A DNA stretch of 64,000 nucleotides from NCBI RefSeq assembly GCF_963921235.1, contig NC_086097.1:118732001-118796000 (forward strand), written 5' to 3'. Below, piece after piece: positions 23,616 through 36,832 of this stretch. Under the pieces are notes generated by a model. It saw nothing but the letters and a program-made list of their open reading frames with translations, was not told where the DNA came from and did no database searches. Source of the stretch: Mobula hypostoma (taxonomy: Eukaryota). Position numbers and translations under genes: made by a program. Within the stretch, counting starts at the first letter, position 1. Each line of letters starts with the position of its first letter.

Positions 23616-24039
23616 CTTTGGAAAGAGTGAGGAAACCCATACACCAGGAGGAAACTGATGAAATCATGTAAAAACTCCCTACAGACAGAGGTGCGATTTG
23701 AACCACGATCATTGGCACTGCAAAGTGTTAGTCTAATCGCTAGGCTACTAGATTTCAAAATCCACAGATATTGTGTGTATAGTTTAGATGGGATATAAAA
23801 TATGAAATACAGAAACATTTCTCAAATCGTTTACTTAGTAGATTTTTTTTGCATGTGTTTTAACCTAGATAATTGCCTTGCCATGAAATTGTGTACAAGC
23901 ACAGCTTTGCCTCTGATTTGGCTTGAATTATGTACTAAGAGCATGTTCTAATGTTATTATGTTCTACTACCTTTTGTATGCTGCATTTATCTTGCAGAAA
24001 TGGACATTGTTACAGTTCAGGCCCAGCAACAACGCTATT

Positions 24040-24601
24040 CGCACAGTCATCACTTTATTAGGGACTTCCTTTCCCTCATAAAGTGGCCAATAAGTGCATC
24101 TGTGTGGTTTTCTGCTACTGTGGCTACCTCAGTTCAAGGTTCGATGTATTGTGGATTCAGCAATGTTCTTCTGCACACCGATATTATAATGCATGGTTAT
24201 TTGAGCTGCTGTCACCTTCTGGTCAGTTTGAACCACTCTGGCCATTCTCTTCTGATCTCTTTCATTCACAAGGCATCTTTGCCCACAGAACTACTGCTTA
24301 CTGGATGTCTTTTGTTTATCGCACCACTCTCTGTAAACTCTGGACTATTGTGCATGACAGTCCCAGGAGACAAGCAGTTTCTGAGATACTCAAACCACCC
24401 CATGTGGCTTCAACATTCATTCCATGCTCAAAGCCACTTAAGTCATATTTCTTCCCTATTCTGATGTTTGGTCTGAACAACAACTGAACCTCTTGAACAT
24501 ATCTGCATGCTTTTATCCATTGAGCTGCACCACGTGATTGGTAAGATATTTGTATTAATGAGCAGGTGTACAGGTTCACCCAAAAAAGTGGCCACTGTGT
24601 G
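24040..24601. mobile_element. Tc1-derived MITE
   Basis: ORF 24316-24579 (-) retains the Tc1 N-terminal HTH (GKKYDLSGFEHGM..GGLSISETACLLG). TIRs at both ends. Confidence 0.9.
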
Positions 24602-24764
24602 TAGTTGTCAGTAATAAACTTACAATATAATACTAGATTTATCCTAAGAACTCCAACTTCATGAGACCATTCTTGAATATGCTGAGATAGAGTAATGAAA
24701 TTTCATTCTGGTTTATATCAGATGGTGCAACACAAAAGATGTATTAACATGCAAAATGACCAAA

Positions 24765-25187
24765 TATCATAATTAGGAAAAACTGTGGTCTAAGTGACTT
24801 TGACCGTGGAATGATTGTTGCAGCAGATGGAGTGGTTTGTGTGTCTTAAAAACTAATGATCCCTTGGGATTTTCACATACGACAGATTAGAGTTTACAAA
24901 GATTGATGCGAAAAACGTCAGAAAACATCCAGTGACCAGCAGTTCTGGGGGCAAAAATGCCTTGCTAATGAGAGAGGTCAGAGAACAGCCAGACTGGTTT
25001 AAGGTGACAGGAGCAGAAGTGACTCAAATAACCACACATTACAACAGTGCTATGTAGAAAAGCATCTCTGAACGTTCACCATGTCAAACCTTGAAATAGA
25101 TTTCTGGAACAGCAGAAGATCATGAACATACACTCAGAGCACACTTTATTAAGTACAGGAGATAATGAATAAGTTGGCCACTGAATG
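24765..25187. mobile_element. Tc1-derived MITE, partial, opposite orientation to 24040-24601
   Basis: CTAAGTGACTTTGACCGTGGAATGATTGTT... ending TTGGCCACTGAATG+TA. Confidence 0.85.
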
Positions 25188-25889
25188 TAAAACTTTGTTT
25201 ATGTATGGTTAGAGATTTGACATCAAACCCCACCCCATTGGTTTTTAAGCATGCTTATGTCCACTCAGATTTATTTATTCTATAATGCTGACGTTCCTGA
25301 TGCCAGCATTCTTGCTGGCATCTAAAATACATGAATAAAGGAATTCCCTCCACATTTTCAGCAACTTTGAAATATTTAAGAGGCACAGCATTTATTTTAG
25401 CCAAGAAAATTTGATCAGTATTATATTTGCTTGATCTTTATCTGCTTGAGTACACATGCACATTTTGAATCCACTAGTAATCTACTTATGTCATCTCAAT
25501 TAGCCTCATTTGCTGATGTCAGAGTAAGAGTCAATGGTATAACAGTTTGAAGATTCAGCAGAGCCTAATTTTGTTAAATTAATCCAAGATATCTGAGTCA
25601 CAAACACTTAACTTGGGAGGAATTAAGACTTCTGAAAGACTGAAGTCTGGATTTTTTTTTCTACTTAAGAAATACAGTACATTTAAAAATATATTCACTT
25701 TAGTTTAGTTTATTCATATCAAATTTTAAAGTATTTTTACAGTGTCAAAAATGTAAGGTACTTTTGAACTTCTACAACTCTTTCTAGGTTGAAATCTTTC
25801 TTAAGATCTAACTCCGATTTTTCTTATCGTCTAAAATTATGGAGAATATAGACCTTGCTTAGTCTCTCCTTTAATTCCCACTAATACCA

Positions 25890-28800
25890 ATCAGCCAATG
25901 ATCTATCCACGACAGTTACTTTCTAGTAATACCATGGGCTCTTAACTTGGTAAGCAGCCTCATGTGTGGCATCTTGTCAAAGGCCTTTTGAAGGTCCAAA
26001 TGTACAACATCCACTGCATCACCTTCATCAATCCTACTTGTAATCTCCTCAAAGAATTCCAACAGATCTTGTCAAGCAAGATTTTCCCTTAAGGTAACCA
26101 TATTGCCTTTGTCCTATCTTGTCCTGTGTCAGCAAATACTCCATAACCTCATCATTAACAATTAACTCCAACATCTTCCCAGCCGATGAGGTTAGGTTAA
26201 CTGGTCTATAATTTCCTTTCAACTGCCTTCCTCTTTTCTTAAAGAGTGAAGTGACATTTACAATTTTGTACTCCACTGGCACCAAGCTAGAGTTCAATGA
26301 CTTTTGAAACATCATTACTAATACCTCCACAATCTCTACCACTACCTCTTTCAGAACCCTAGGGTCTATTCATCTGGTCTGGGTAACTTATGTACCCTTA
26401 GGTCTTTCAGCTTTTTGAGCACTGTCTCCCTTGTAATAGTAACTGCACTCACTTCTCTTCCCTCACACCCTTCAACATCTGGCATGCTGCTCGTGTGTTC
26501 CACTGTGAAGACTAATGAAAAATACTCAATTGGTTCACCTGCTATCTCCTTATCTCCCATTGTTATTTTTCCGGCCTCATTTTCTAATGGTCCTATTTCC
26601 AATCTCATCTCTTTTTTTATATCTTACATACTTGAAAAGCTTTTACTATGCACTTTGATATTGTTTGTTAGCTTGCTTTCACATTTCTTATTTCCCCTTT
26701 TAATGATTTTTTTTGGTTGTTCTCTGTAGTTTTTTTAAAGCTTTCCAATCCTCTATCTCTCTGCTAAGTTTTGCTTAGTTGTATGCCCTTTCTTTTGCTT
26801 TTACACTAAGCTTTGACTTCTCTTGTCAGCCACAATTGTACTATTTTGCTATTTGAGTGTTTCTTTGTTTTTGGAATACATCTATCCTGCATCTTTGTCT
26901 TTTTCCCAGAAACTCACGCCATTGCTGCTCTGCTGTCATCATTGCCAGCATCTCCTTCCAATTTGCTTTGGCCAACTCCTCTCTCATACCACTGTAATTT
27001 CCTTTACTCCACTGAAATACTGCTACATCAGACTTCTATTTTCTCCCTATCAAAGTTCAATTTGAACTCAAATTATGATCACAGATTCCTCAGTGTTCTT
27101 TCACCTTAAGCTCCCTAATCGCCTCCCAATCAGTATAGCTGATCCCCTAGTAGGCTTAAATACAAACTACTCTAAAATGCCATCTCATAGGCATTCAACA
27201 AACTCACTCTCTTGATATCCTTTCCCAACCTGATTTTCCCAATCAACCTGCATGTTAAAATCTCCCATGACTATCATAACATTGCCCTTTTGACACTCCT
27301 TTTCTATTTCCTGATGTAACCTGTGGTTCACATCCCAGTTACTGTTTGCAGGTCTGTATATATCTGCCATCAGGGTTCTTTTATGCTTGCAGTTTCTTAA
27401 CTCAACCCACAAGGATTCAACATCTCCTGATCCTATGTCACATCTTTCTACTGATTTGACGCCATTCTTTACCAGCAGAGCCACGCCTCCCCCTCTGTCT
27501 ACCTTCCAATCCCTCTGATACAATGTGTAACCTTGAACATTCAGCTCCCAACTACACCCATCCTTCAGCCATAATTCAGTGATGGTCACAATATCATACC
27601 CCACAATCTGTTAAAGTACAACAGGTTGTCCACCTTATTTTTTATACTCCGTGCATTGAGATGTAGCACTTAGAGTACTGCGTTAGCTACCCTTTTTGAT
27701 TCTGCATCCTGAATCCTGAATGCACTGATACTAACCTTAGAAACATAGAAAACCTACCGCACAATACAGGCCTTTTGGCCAACAAAGCTCTGCCGAACAT
27801 GTCCCTAGCTTAGAACTACCTAGGCTTTACCCATAGCCCTCTATTTTTCTAAGCTCCATGTGGCCATCCAGGAGTCTCTTAAATGACCCTATCATTTCCA
27901 CTTCAACCACTGCTGCTGGCAGCCCATTCCATGCACTCACCACTCTCTGCATAAAAGACTTACCCCGACATCTCCTCTGTACCTACTTCCAAGCACCTTA
28001 AAACTATGCCCTCTCATGCTAGCCATTTCAGCCCTGGGGAAAAGCCTCTGACTATCCACACAATCAATGCCTCTTATTATCTTGTACACCTCTATCAAGT
28101 CACCTCTCATCCTCCGTTGCTCCAAGGAGAAAAGGCCGAGTTCACTCAACCTATTCTTATAAGGCATGCTCCCCAATCCAGGCAATATCCTTGTAAATCT
28201 CCTCTGCATCCTTTATGGTTTCCACGTATTTCTTATAGTGAGGCGACCAGAACTGAGCACAGTCCTCCAGGTGGGGTCTGACCAGGCTCCTATATAGCTG
28301 TAACATTACCTCTGGGCTCTTAAACTCAATCCCATGATTGATGAAGGCCAATGCACCGTTTGCCTTCTTAACCACAGAGTCAACCTGCATAGCAGGTTTG
28401 AGTATCCTATGGACTCAGACCCCAAGATCTCTCTGATTCTCCACACGGCCAAGAGTCTTACCATTAATACTATATTCTGCCATCATATTTGACTACCAAA
28501 ATGAGCCACCTCACACTTATCTGTGTTGAACTCCATCTGCCACTTGTCAGCCCAGTTTTGCATCCTACCAATGTCCCGTTGTATCCTCTGCCAGCCCTCC
28601 ACACTATCTACAGCACACACATCCTTTGTGTCATCAGCAAATTTACTAACCCATCCCTCCACTTCCTCATCCAGTTTATTTATAAAAATCACAAAGAGTA
28701 AGGGTCCCAGAACAGATCCCTGAGGCACACCACTGGTCACCGACCTACATGCAGCATATGACCCGTCTGCAACCACTCTTTGCCTTCTGTGGGCGAGCCA

Positions 28801-29500
28801 GTTCTGGATCCACAAAGCAATGTCCCCTCGGATCCCATGCCTCCTTACTTTTTCATTAAGCCCTGCATGGGTTACCTTATCAAATGCCTTGTTAAGATCC
28901 ATATACACTGCATCTATGGCTTTACCTTCATCAATGTGCTTAGTCACATCCTCAAAAAATTCTATCAGGCTCGTAAGGCACGATCTGCCTTTGACAAAGC
29001 CATGCTGACTATTCCTAATCATATTATGCCTCTCCAAATGCTCATATATCCTGCCTCTCAGGATCTTCTCCATAACTTACCAACCACTGAAGTAAGACTC
29101 ACTGGCCTATAATTTCCTGGGCTATCCCTACTCCCTTTCTTGAATAAGGGAACAACATTCGCAACCCTCCAATCCTCCAGAACCTCTCCCATCCTCATTG
29201 ATGATGCAAAGCTCATTGCCAGAGGCTCAGTAATCTCCTTCCTCGCTTCCCACAGTAGCCTGGGGTACATTCCTTCCGATCCCGGAGACTTATCCAACTT
29301 GCTGGCTGCAATTTTCTCGTATCATCTGCCTGCGCTTCCTGACAGTCTCATTGCACTCAGTCCTTGCTTTTTTTTAACTATTGGTCCTATCCTGAGTCCC
29401 TTCACTCCAGTACCCACCCCCTTGCTGAATTTATTATAGTCTCCTCAAAAGCTCTAATAAACCTGCTGGCGAGAATATTGGTCCCTTTCGGGTTCAGGTG
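25890..29500 (-). mobile_element. Older CR1 (endonuclease and RT N-terminus at 25890-27737, upstream part at 29300-29500), split by a younger CR1
   Basis: ORFs 27185-27604 (YDIVTITELWL..GGGVALLVK..MGDFN), 26366-26608 and 26049-26342 (GNYRPVNLTS). Confidence 0.9.
27738..29300 (-). mobile_element. Younger CR1, 5'-truncated, same subfamily as 2705-4113
   Basis: ORF 28483-29073 has QHGFVKGRSCLT, KAFDKV, SGVPQGSVLGP and FADD. Frameshifted continuation ORFs and the same 3' tail. Confidence 0.96.
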
Positions 29501-29599
29501 TATGAGGTTGTCATTATGTTTGCCTCTATTGCCTATGGATTCTCACATTCAGAAAGAATTTTCATTTCTCCTTTTGCAGAATTACCTTGATAAATTTGT

Positions 29600-30410
29600 C
29601 AATCCACGGCCTCCTCGTGTGAGAATGAGGCCACCCTCAGGATGGAGGAACAATACCTTATATCCTGTCTGGGTAGCCTCTAACTTGATGGCATGAATAT
29701 CAATTTCCACTTCCAGTAATTTTTACCCTCTCCCTCCCCTCTTTCTCCATTCTCTTACCTCTTCCCTCTTGTCTGTCACTTCCCCCTATGTGCCCCTCCT
29801 CCTTCCCATTCTCCTACGCTCTTTTGCTCCTGTCATATCAGATTCCTTTTTCAGTCCTTTACCTTTCCCATCCACCTGGCTTCATCTATCACCTTCCAGC
29901 TAACCACCCACCCCTCCACCACCTTTTTATTCTGCCGTTTTCCCCCTTCCTTCCAGTCCTGAAGAAGTGTCTCAGCCCGAAATGTCAACTTAGTTTCCAT
30001 CGATGCTGCCTGACCTGCTGGGTTTCTCCAGTAAATTTTTGGATGTTAATTTAAATCTGATTTTGCCTGTATTGAAATTTATTTCAAACATGAGAAAATC
30101 TGCAGATGCTGAAAATCCAAAGCAAGGCAAAGTGCTGGAGGAACTCAGCAGGTCAGGAAAAGAGTACATTCGACATTTCAGGCCACAATTTTTCATCAGG
30201 GCAGCCTCCTGAGTTCCTCCAGCATTTTGTGTATGTTGTCTTGAAATTGATTTGACATTCATACTTACTATGATTTTTAAAAATGTTATGCTGATGTTAA
30301 ACTTTAAAATATGCCCCTCACTCAAAATGCTGGAGGAACTTAGCAGGCCAGGCAGCATCTATGGAATAGAGTAAAACTCTATGCTTCAGGCCGAGACCCT
30401 TCATCAGAAA
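29600..30410. mobile_element. Cluster of Penelope ends: 29600-30045 (+), fold-back 30085-30245, 30320-30410 (-)
   Basis: Repeated TGCTGGAGGAACTCAGCAGG terminal segments in both orientations, with three decayed hammerhead motifs. Confidence 0.8.
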
Positions 30411-30452
30411 TGAGATCAGGGTCTAAGGTTCATGATATACATCTGTGATCTT

Positions 30453-31321
30453 TGTTACATACCTCGAGATCTTGTTTTTTTTTTCGAGAATGATGTAATG
30501 GTCTTTTGGAGGTCACCTGATGTAGTTTTCCCGCCAATGTGAGGTCACGTGTTGACATGTGCACTATGGGTATATAAGGGAAGACCTCAGATGACGCAAT
30601 TAGTTCTTAGTTTTTAGTTTTCCAGCTAGAACGTGCGTCTGTGTCTCTGTTTCTGTTGCGTATTTGTTTTTATGACGCGGTTTCATTTTTAAAACAGAGT
30701 GTTCCGTTCTGTTGCAAGGCGCTGGACTAGCAATTTTTGCTAGATGTGTTGATGTACCTTTTTCCAGCAGTACTGGAGAGTGAAGACTTTATCGAAGTAC
30801 AGGACCCGAAGGATTAAGAGAAGTTGGTATCGTTCGGCAGTTTAACAAAGGATCGACCTTACTGAATCTTTGTTGAAGAAGTAGCGACCTGCATCGAAAT
30901 AACTCTTGCCAAAAGAGTTAAGAAGTTCATGCAGGATTTGCTGTCTAGAAACAAAGGTCAGTTGTTTTAAGCCGTTTATTTCCTGCATCGTGAATCCTTT
31001 GGACAGACCCAACAGGAAAGTCGTGTCTATGACGAAATCCTTCTCCAGAGAAGTCTCTCCCAACTGAATGTATAAATCTGTTGGATTTCTGAATTTACCA
31101 TTTTAAGAACTGTATTTGACTTTACCGCTTTAAGAACTGTTTTCGCTTTTAATGCTTTAAGAACCAGTGCCCAGTGACAACTTGTTGAACGGCTGCATAG
31201 TGGTTAACTTCCAGTTAAGGATTTCATTTGATTTTTTATTGTTTATCCGTGTTTAATAAATGTTTGGTTGTTTTTATATAACCTGTCTCGATTGACATTC
31301 ATTGTTGCCGGTTACGTAACA
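30453..31321 (+). mobile_element. Solo LTR (869 bp)
   Basis: TGTTACATA...TACGTAACA inverted ends, perfect 4-bp TSD TCTT (30449-30452, 31322-31325), TATATAA at 30571, AATAAA at 31255. Confidence 0.93.
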
Positions 31322-31617
31322 TCTTAAACTTGATTCTGATTCTGATTCCAATTCTGATTCATTACGAGGAAGCCATGATTATCATTTATGTTTCCACACA
31401 TTTAGTCTGCCAGACTGGGAGGTATCAAAAATTTTTTCAGCCCCTGAAGCTGAAAACATGCCTGAATATGAAATTTCTTGCAACGTTCGTTTTCATGGAA
31501 GTCAACGGGAAAGAGTGAACATGTGGCAAACAGACCAGTAGGTTTGAAAGTTATTGACCTATGACAAATTTCTGGTGCTAGTAATATAAATCCTTGGAAT
31601 AATGTCATGGAGACATG

Positions 31618-32460
31618 AGTTCAAAGTTCAGTGTTCATAGTAAACATATTATCAAAGTATGTATACATCACTATATACTACAATGAGATTCATTTTCTTG
31701 TGGGTTTTCACAGTCAGATACAAAAAATACAGTAGAGTCAATGAAAACCCTATACTACACAGTAACAAAGACTAGCAAACAACCTATGTGCAAAAGAGGA
31801 CAAACTGAACATAATAAATAATTAATTTGAGAACATGTGTGGTACAGTCATTGAAAGTGAGTCCATAGTTTGTGACTCATGTAAAAATTGCTGCCTGGCC
31901 TGCTGCGTTCACCAGCAATTTTTATGTGTGTTGCTTGAAATTCCAGCATCTGCAGATTTCCTCGTGTTTCCATAGTTTGTGACATCAGTTCAGATTTGAG
32001 GTGAGTGAAGTTATCCGCATTTGTCAGGAGCCTGATGGTTGCAGTTTAATGACTTTTCCGGAACCTGGTGGTGTGGAACCCAAGGCTTCTGTATCACCAT
32101 CCAGATAGCAACAATAAGAAGAGAGCATGGCCAGGACAGCGACCACCCTTGACAATGGATGCTGCTTTCTTGTGGCAGTGTTCCACGTAACTGTGCTCAA
32201 TGGTGGGGAACGCTCTTCTGTCCTTGGGCATTTGTGCTGCTATACCAGGCCGTGATGAAACCTGTTAAGATACTCTCCACTGAGCTTCAAGCATTTGATG
32301 ACATGCCAAATCTACGCAGCCTTCTAGGAAAGTAGAGATTCTGTTGTGCCTTTTTTGTGAAGACATTTACATTTTGGTCTCAGGACAGATAGTACAACGC
32401 CAAGCAATTTAAAGTTACTGATCCTCTCTGCTTCCAGTCCCCGAATCAGGACTGGCTGAT
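31618..32460 (-). mobile_element. Rex1/Babar-type 3' fragment carrying a 92-bp Penelope terminal insert (31877-31968)
   Basis: Homologous to 20112-21035. The insert is flanked by the direct repeat TCCATAGTTTGTGAC. Confidence 0.75.
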
Positions 32461-32852
32461 AGACCCTATCAAGGCACTTGGAAAATTTGAATTAAGTTAA
32501 TTGAATAAATCAAGAATTAAAAGTTTGTATCAAATAAAATCAAGCATATGAATGCGAGCTCAAGTGTGAAGTATAGCCAAAACAGTAATGCAAATTAAAT
32601 GATTCTTCTGAGCCTTCTTTTGTAAGCCAAATTTTCACTGAAGCTACTCTTTAGCCAGCACGACCCACTCTACATGATGTAATGAAATGGGTGACTACAT
32701 TACAAACAGCAAGGTTCATGGACTTGATAACATCTCCATCTGTAGCTCTGAGGAAGTGTGCTCCAAAAATAATTGCACTCAAGCCAAGCTGTTACAGAAA
32801 AAAAAGCTACTATATGAATGTCTACCGAACAAAAAGAAAATTGCCCCATCTA

Positions 32853-35800
32853 TGTCACAACCACAGACTCTGCCGCAGGGTCTGTGTGCCCTCGCAGGCG
32901 GGTTGTAGAATGGGTTCGTCAATCATGCTCGTGAGTATGCATGTTCCAGTTAATTAGTGTTTCATTGCGGAGGTATTTACCTCCCTTCTGCTTGTTTCAG
33001 TCTTGTCAAGACTTGACCAAAAGCACAACAACATCTATGCTCCCTGTTTACCTATGCCCTTCTCCTGGAAAGAAGCCAACAATTTTGATTGATTCTGAAA
33101 AGTAGTATTCATTTAGTATTTAGTTACTGCTTCCAGCCACAGGTGTAGGCATTAACTTTCAGTTTGAGGTTTTTAGTTCATGGTCCTGTTGGCCTAGCAT
33201 TTATTGTTTTGTTTTCTTTTAATTCTGAATAGTTCTGATTAACACCAGTGAATTGTTGTTCCATTTCAGTGCCTCTCTTTTTCTCTCTCTCTCTGTATTT
33301 GGGCCATAACCACATATTCAGTCAACAAGTCTTGACAACAAAAATTGTCCCAGCAGAGCGAGAATAGCTGGACTTGCCCCTGACATTCATTGGCCAGATA
33401 AACTACAGATTGTTGAAACTGCATTGGGAGAAGTGACTAAAGCGATGCGACAAATACTCCCAGTGTGACAAACAGAGATCCAGCTGGAAAAACAAGTGTC
33501 AACCCTCTCAGCAACAGCTCAGCAGCTCCCCAGAGACAGCTGAAATCAGGTGGCAATGACTTCTGCTCTCGCAGCCATGGTTCATCAGCTTACAACTGAC
33601 AGCCATTACTGTTCTCGGAAATGCAATGCAGCAGCCTTTGACCATTTCAGTTCCTCTCCCAGTATCTCCCAGATCCTCCTCTTCAACAGCCTCATCAGTC
33701 TCGGCCACTCATGCCCGAACTCCCCTGTTCGGATCAGGACCAAGTATTCCTCTACTGGACAGACTCTCCGGTAACTGGCAGCTGTAAGAATTTGATTACC
33801 TAGTGTGAGCTAACATTCCAAGCACAGCCTGTTTGGCTCAGTGACGATGCATGTAAACGGGCGCACATGGTGAACTTCACAGATGGACGCCCACACTGCC
33901 TGTTCAATGCTCTACAGGAACAAGTTTTGTTCAAGCCCAGTCATTCAGTCCTAGTTCAAGAAAGCTATTGACCTTCCAGTAGAGTATCAGGAGGCTGCCT
34001 GCTGACTCATGGACCTGCACCAAGGTAGAGGCACAGTGAGGGACTATGCAGTAAAGTTTCATGTGTTTGCAGTGGAGATGGATTGGAATGAGAGATCTCT
34101 CATCACTGCCTTTCAGCACAGACTGAGCACAAGAGTCCAGTTCGAGATTGCAGCTTGGATAACCTGATTAGATAGATAGATATACTTTATTAATCCCGAG
34201 GGAAATTTGGTTTCATTACAGCCGGACCAACCAAGAATAGATCGTAAATATAGCAATACAAAAAACCCCAACAATCAACCAACAAAATGCAGACTATGCT
34301 AGATGGAAATAAGTCCAGGACCAGTCTATTGGCTCAGGGTGTCTGACCCTCCATGGGAGGAGCTGCACGTTCGATGGCCACAGGCAGGAACGACCTCCCG
34401 TGCCGCCAAGTGTTGTATCACGCTGGAATGTGGCCGAAGTCCAACAGTAAAAAGTTCAATATCCAGTCTGCAAACACATTCCTTGATCGTAATACACTCC
34501 GGATTGCACCATCCGATGTTAACCAGATCAGTAAGCACGAAACTCCTTTACGCTTACCGCTCTCAGTGCACTTCCGGTCAGCCGGAACGGTATTAAGCAC
34601 CGAACTCCTCTTCTCCAAAAGTCTCTGTAGTCTCGACCCAGTCCTCTTTCCTCAGCTTTGTGATACCCCTCTGCTTCTTCTGTGTATTTTCCTCCGGATT
34701 TCAGCAAGGGTGTCTGCCGCTCTGTTAGCTAAGCTGGCCAGGATTTGCTGGTCCGTGGTATACATAATGCAACCTTGCTTCTGTCCCGCATGTCGGGATG
34801 TAACCATTTCCAGCACTAAAGAAAACCCAAATAAAATTCTCTCTACCAGCATGTTAGAAAGGGTGCAGCTTCGACGTGTTACAGTGAGAAAAAAAATACA
34901 AAAATAACGTAAATTAAAAAGTAAGAAGAAGAAAGTAAAAGAATAGATTGGAACGGCTGTACCAGGCTATATGCACGACCTAGCTATTCGAGTTTACAAC
35001 CAGCCAACTTGAGTGGCACAGGGAAAGAATGTCCAGAGCTTCCTACTCTTTGGATCACAGTCTGTCATGACCTAGTACCCAGTCCACAGAGGAATCTATG
35101 CAGGTGGGGTGCGTGCGTACATCTCAGGAGGAACAGGATTGCAGGAGAACAGGTTCTTGCCTTTATTCTGGCGATCCAGGACACTTCTGGCTTTCTTGTC
35201 CTAAGCACCCAGTAAAAGAGGGTACACATCAACAGTAAGGGGCTCTTCCTACAATCATCTTCTCCTCACTGACTGGTGCTCCCAGCTTCCTTGCTGTGGA
35301 GCTCACAGACCCATGAACTTCAGATGTTATTGACTCAGGAAAAGCAGGGAATATCATTGATATCTCTTTGGCTCAAAAGTTGAGAGTTCCGACTCATAAA
35401 TTGAGAGAAAGTATAAATGTTAAGGCCATAGATGTTGGACTTAGGGCACTATTAATATCCACCTTTCCAAAGAACCCCAAAAACTTGTGCTTGAAGGCAA
35501 CCATAGGGAAAATCTCTCCTTCTATCTGGATGATTTGCCTGAACCACCACTGTTGTGTGACCTTCCCTGACTATCTTGACACAACTCATGAATCGATTCA
35601 TCCCTAATGGCACTCTAAGAGTAGGAACCAACATGCATATCTATCTGTCTGGGTCCACCTCAAGCCCCAGTCCACAAATCCTCTCTGTGTCAACTGCTAC
35701 TGTTTATCTGCCTGGCAATCCGGCTGAATATGTTGAACTTCTTGAGGTCTTCAGGAAAAAGAAGTCCACTTCACAGCCTCTACACTAGCGATACAGGAGG

Positions 35801-36165
35801 CATTTTCCCTCTCTCCTCCTGTAACGATGGCCATGGAAAAGTACATCAAGGATACGTGGGTATTAGGATTTATCCATCCATCAACACCGCCAACAGGGGC
35901 AGGATTCAAAATTTGTCATGATGTCTTTGGTCTGGTCAATGCCCCTGCTGTTTATTAGGCCCTGGTCAACGATGTGCTTCGGGGCATACTGAATCTGTTT
36001 GCTTTTTGGTGTTTGGATGGTATTCGGATCTACTCCCACTCTCACAAGAAACATGTCCATTATGTTTGGAGGGTTCCCAGTTGGGTCCTCTGAATAACCT
36101 TTACGACAAGCCAGAGAAATGTGAGTTCTACAAAGAGCAGGTGCCATTCTTGGGCTACAGTCTCC
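32853..36165 (+). mobile_element. Decayed Ty3/Gypsy (sushi-type) LTR retrotransposon: 5' LTR ~32853-33337, gag, protease, partial RT
   Basis: By-hand translations: LHQGRGTVRDYAVKFHVFAVEMDWNERSLITAFQHRLS (~34010-34130); EESMQVG..CLYSGDPGHFWLSCP zinc knuckle (~35090-35200); VIDSGKAGNIID protease (~35326); FGLVNAPAVY and KPEKCEFYKEQVPFLGY RT motifs (35920-36160). Confidence 0.9.
34167..34980 (-). mobile_element. Internally deleted Rex1/Babar-type LINE derivative (5' end, endonuclease piece, 3' tail) inserted in the Gypsy gag
   Basis: ORFs 34652-34852, 34418-34618 (ADRKCTESGKRKG) and 34326-34538 (VNIGWC..IELFTVGLRP). AATAAAG...(TATC)n tail. Confidence 0.75.
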
Positions 36166-36832
36166 AACTCTGTCACACGCATAAAACGCAGTGGCAATAA
36201 TAGTCCTGGACCCTGTCACTTACAGAAAAGAACAGCTACAGTAGCAACAAACCCCCAACACCCCCACTAAACACAAAAAATTAACACATTACCTACCTGC
36301 CAATCAGCCACAAGAAAGAAAATACCTAAAAAACAAAGGAAACCAATATAAAGGCCTGTCAAATAATCTGCATATAAGGAGAGCAGCCGCACAAACTCAG
36401 TGCTTCCATAAAGAGTGGCCGTCGGCCCGGATCCAAACCCGTCGATCTGGCTGCTGACCTCCTCCGCATTCACCCTGATGCGTCAAAAATTTCTCGCTGT
36501 TTCGATATGGAGTTGCTCATAATCCCACACCTCATCTCTGGTCAGCTTGTGTTCCCGATCCTTCTCAGCTCCCCACCTCCAATCTCCAAAAGGCAGATCT
36601 CTGGACTCAGCATCACAATGGATCCCTCAATTGAGTTCCAAACCACATCACCGGCTCCAAGAGTTTCTGTAACACAAACAAGACACGAAGAATAAGCAGA
36701 AGGCAGAGAAGGAATGAAATAATTGGAAATATTTGCTATCTGGAAGATGTTGCCCAAGGAGTCGTTGTTTGCTAGTGCCATCTTGACTGGAAAAGCAATA
36801 CTTAGCAACACACAGAAGTTGCTGGAGGAACT

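Noticed and set aside
28483..29073. Active RT gene, or bacterial retron/group II intron RT
   Set aside because: Typical CR1 ORF2 fragment, 5'-truncated and frameshifted on both sides.
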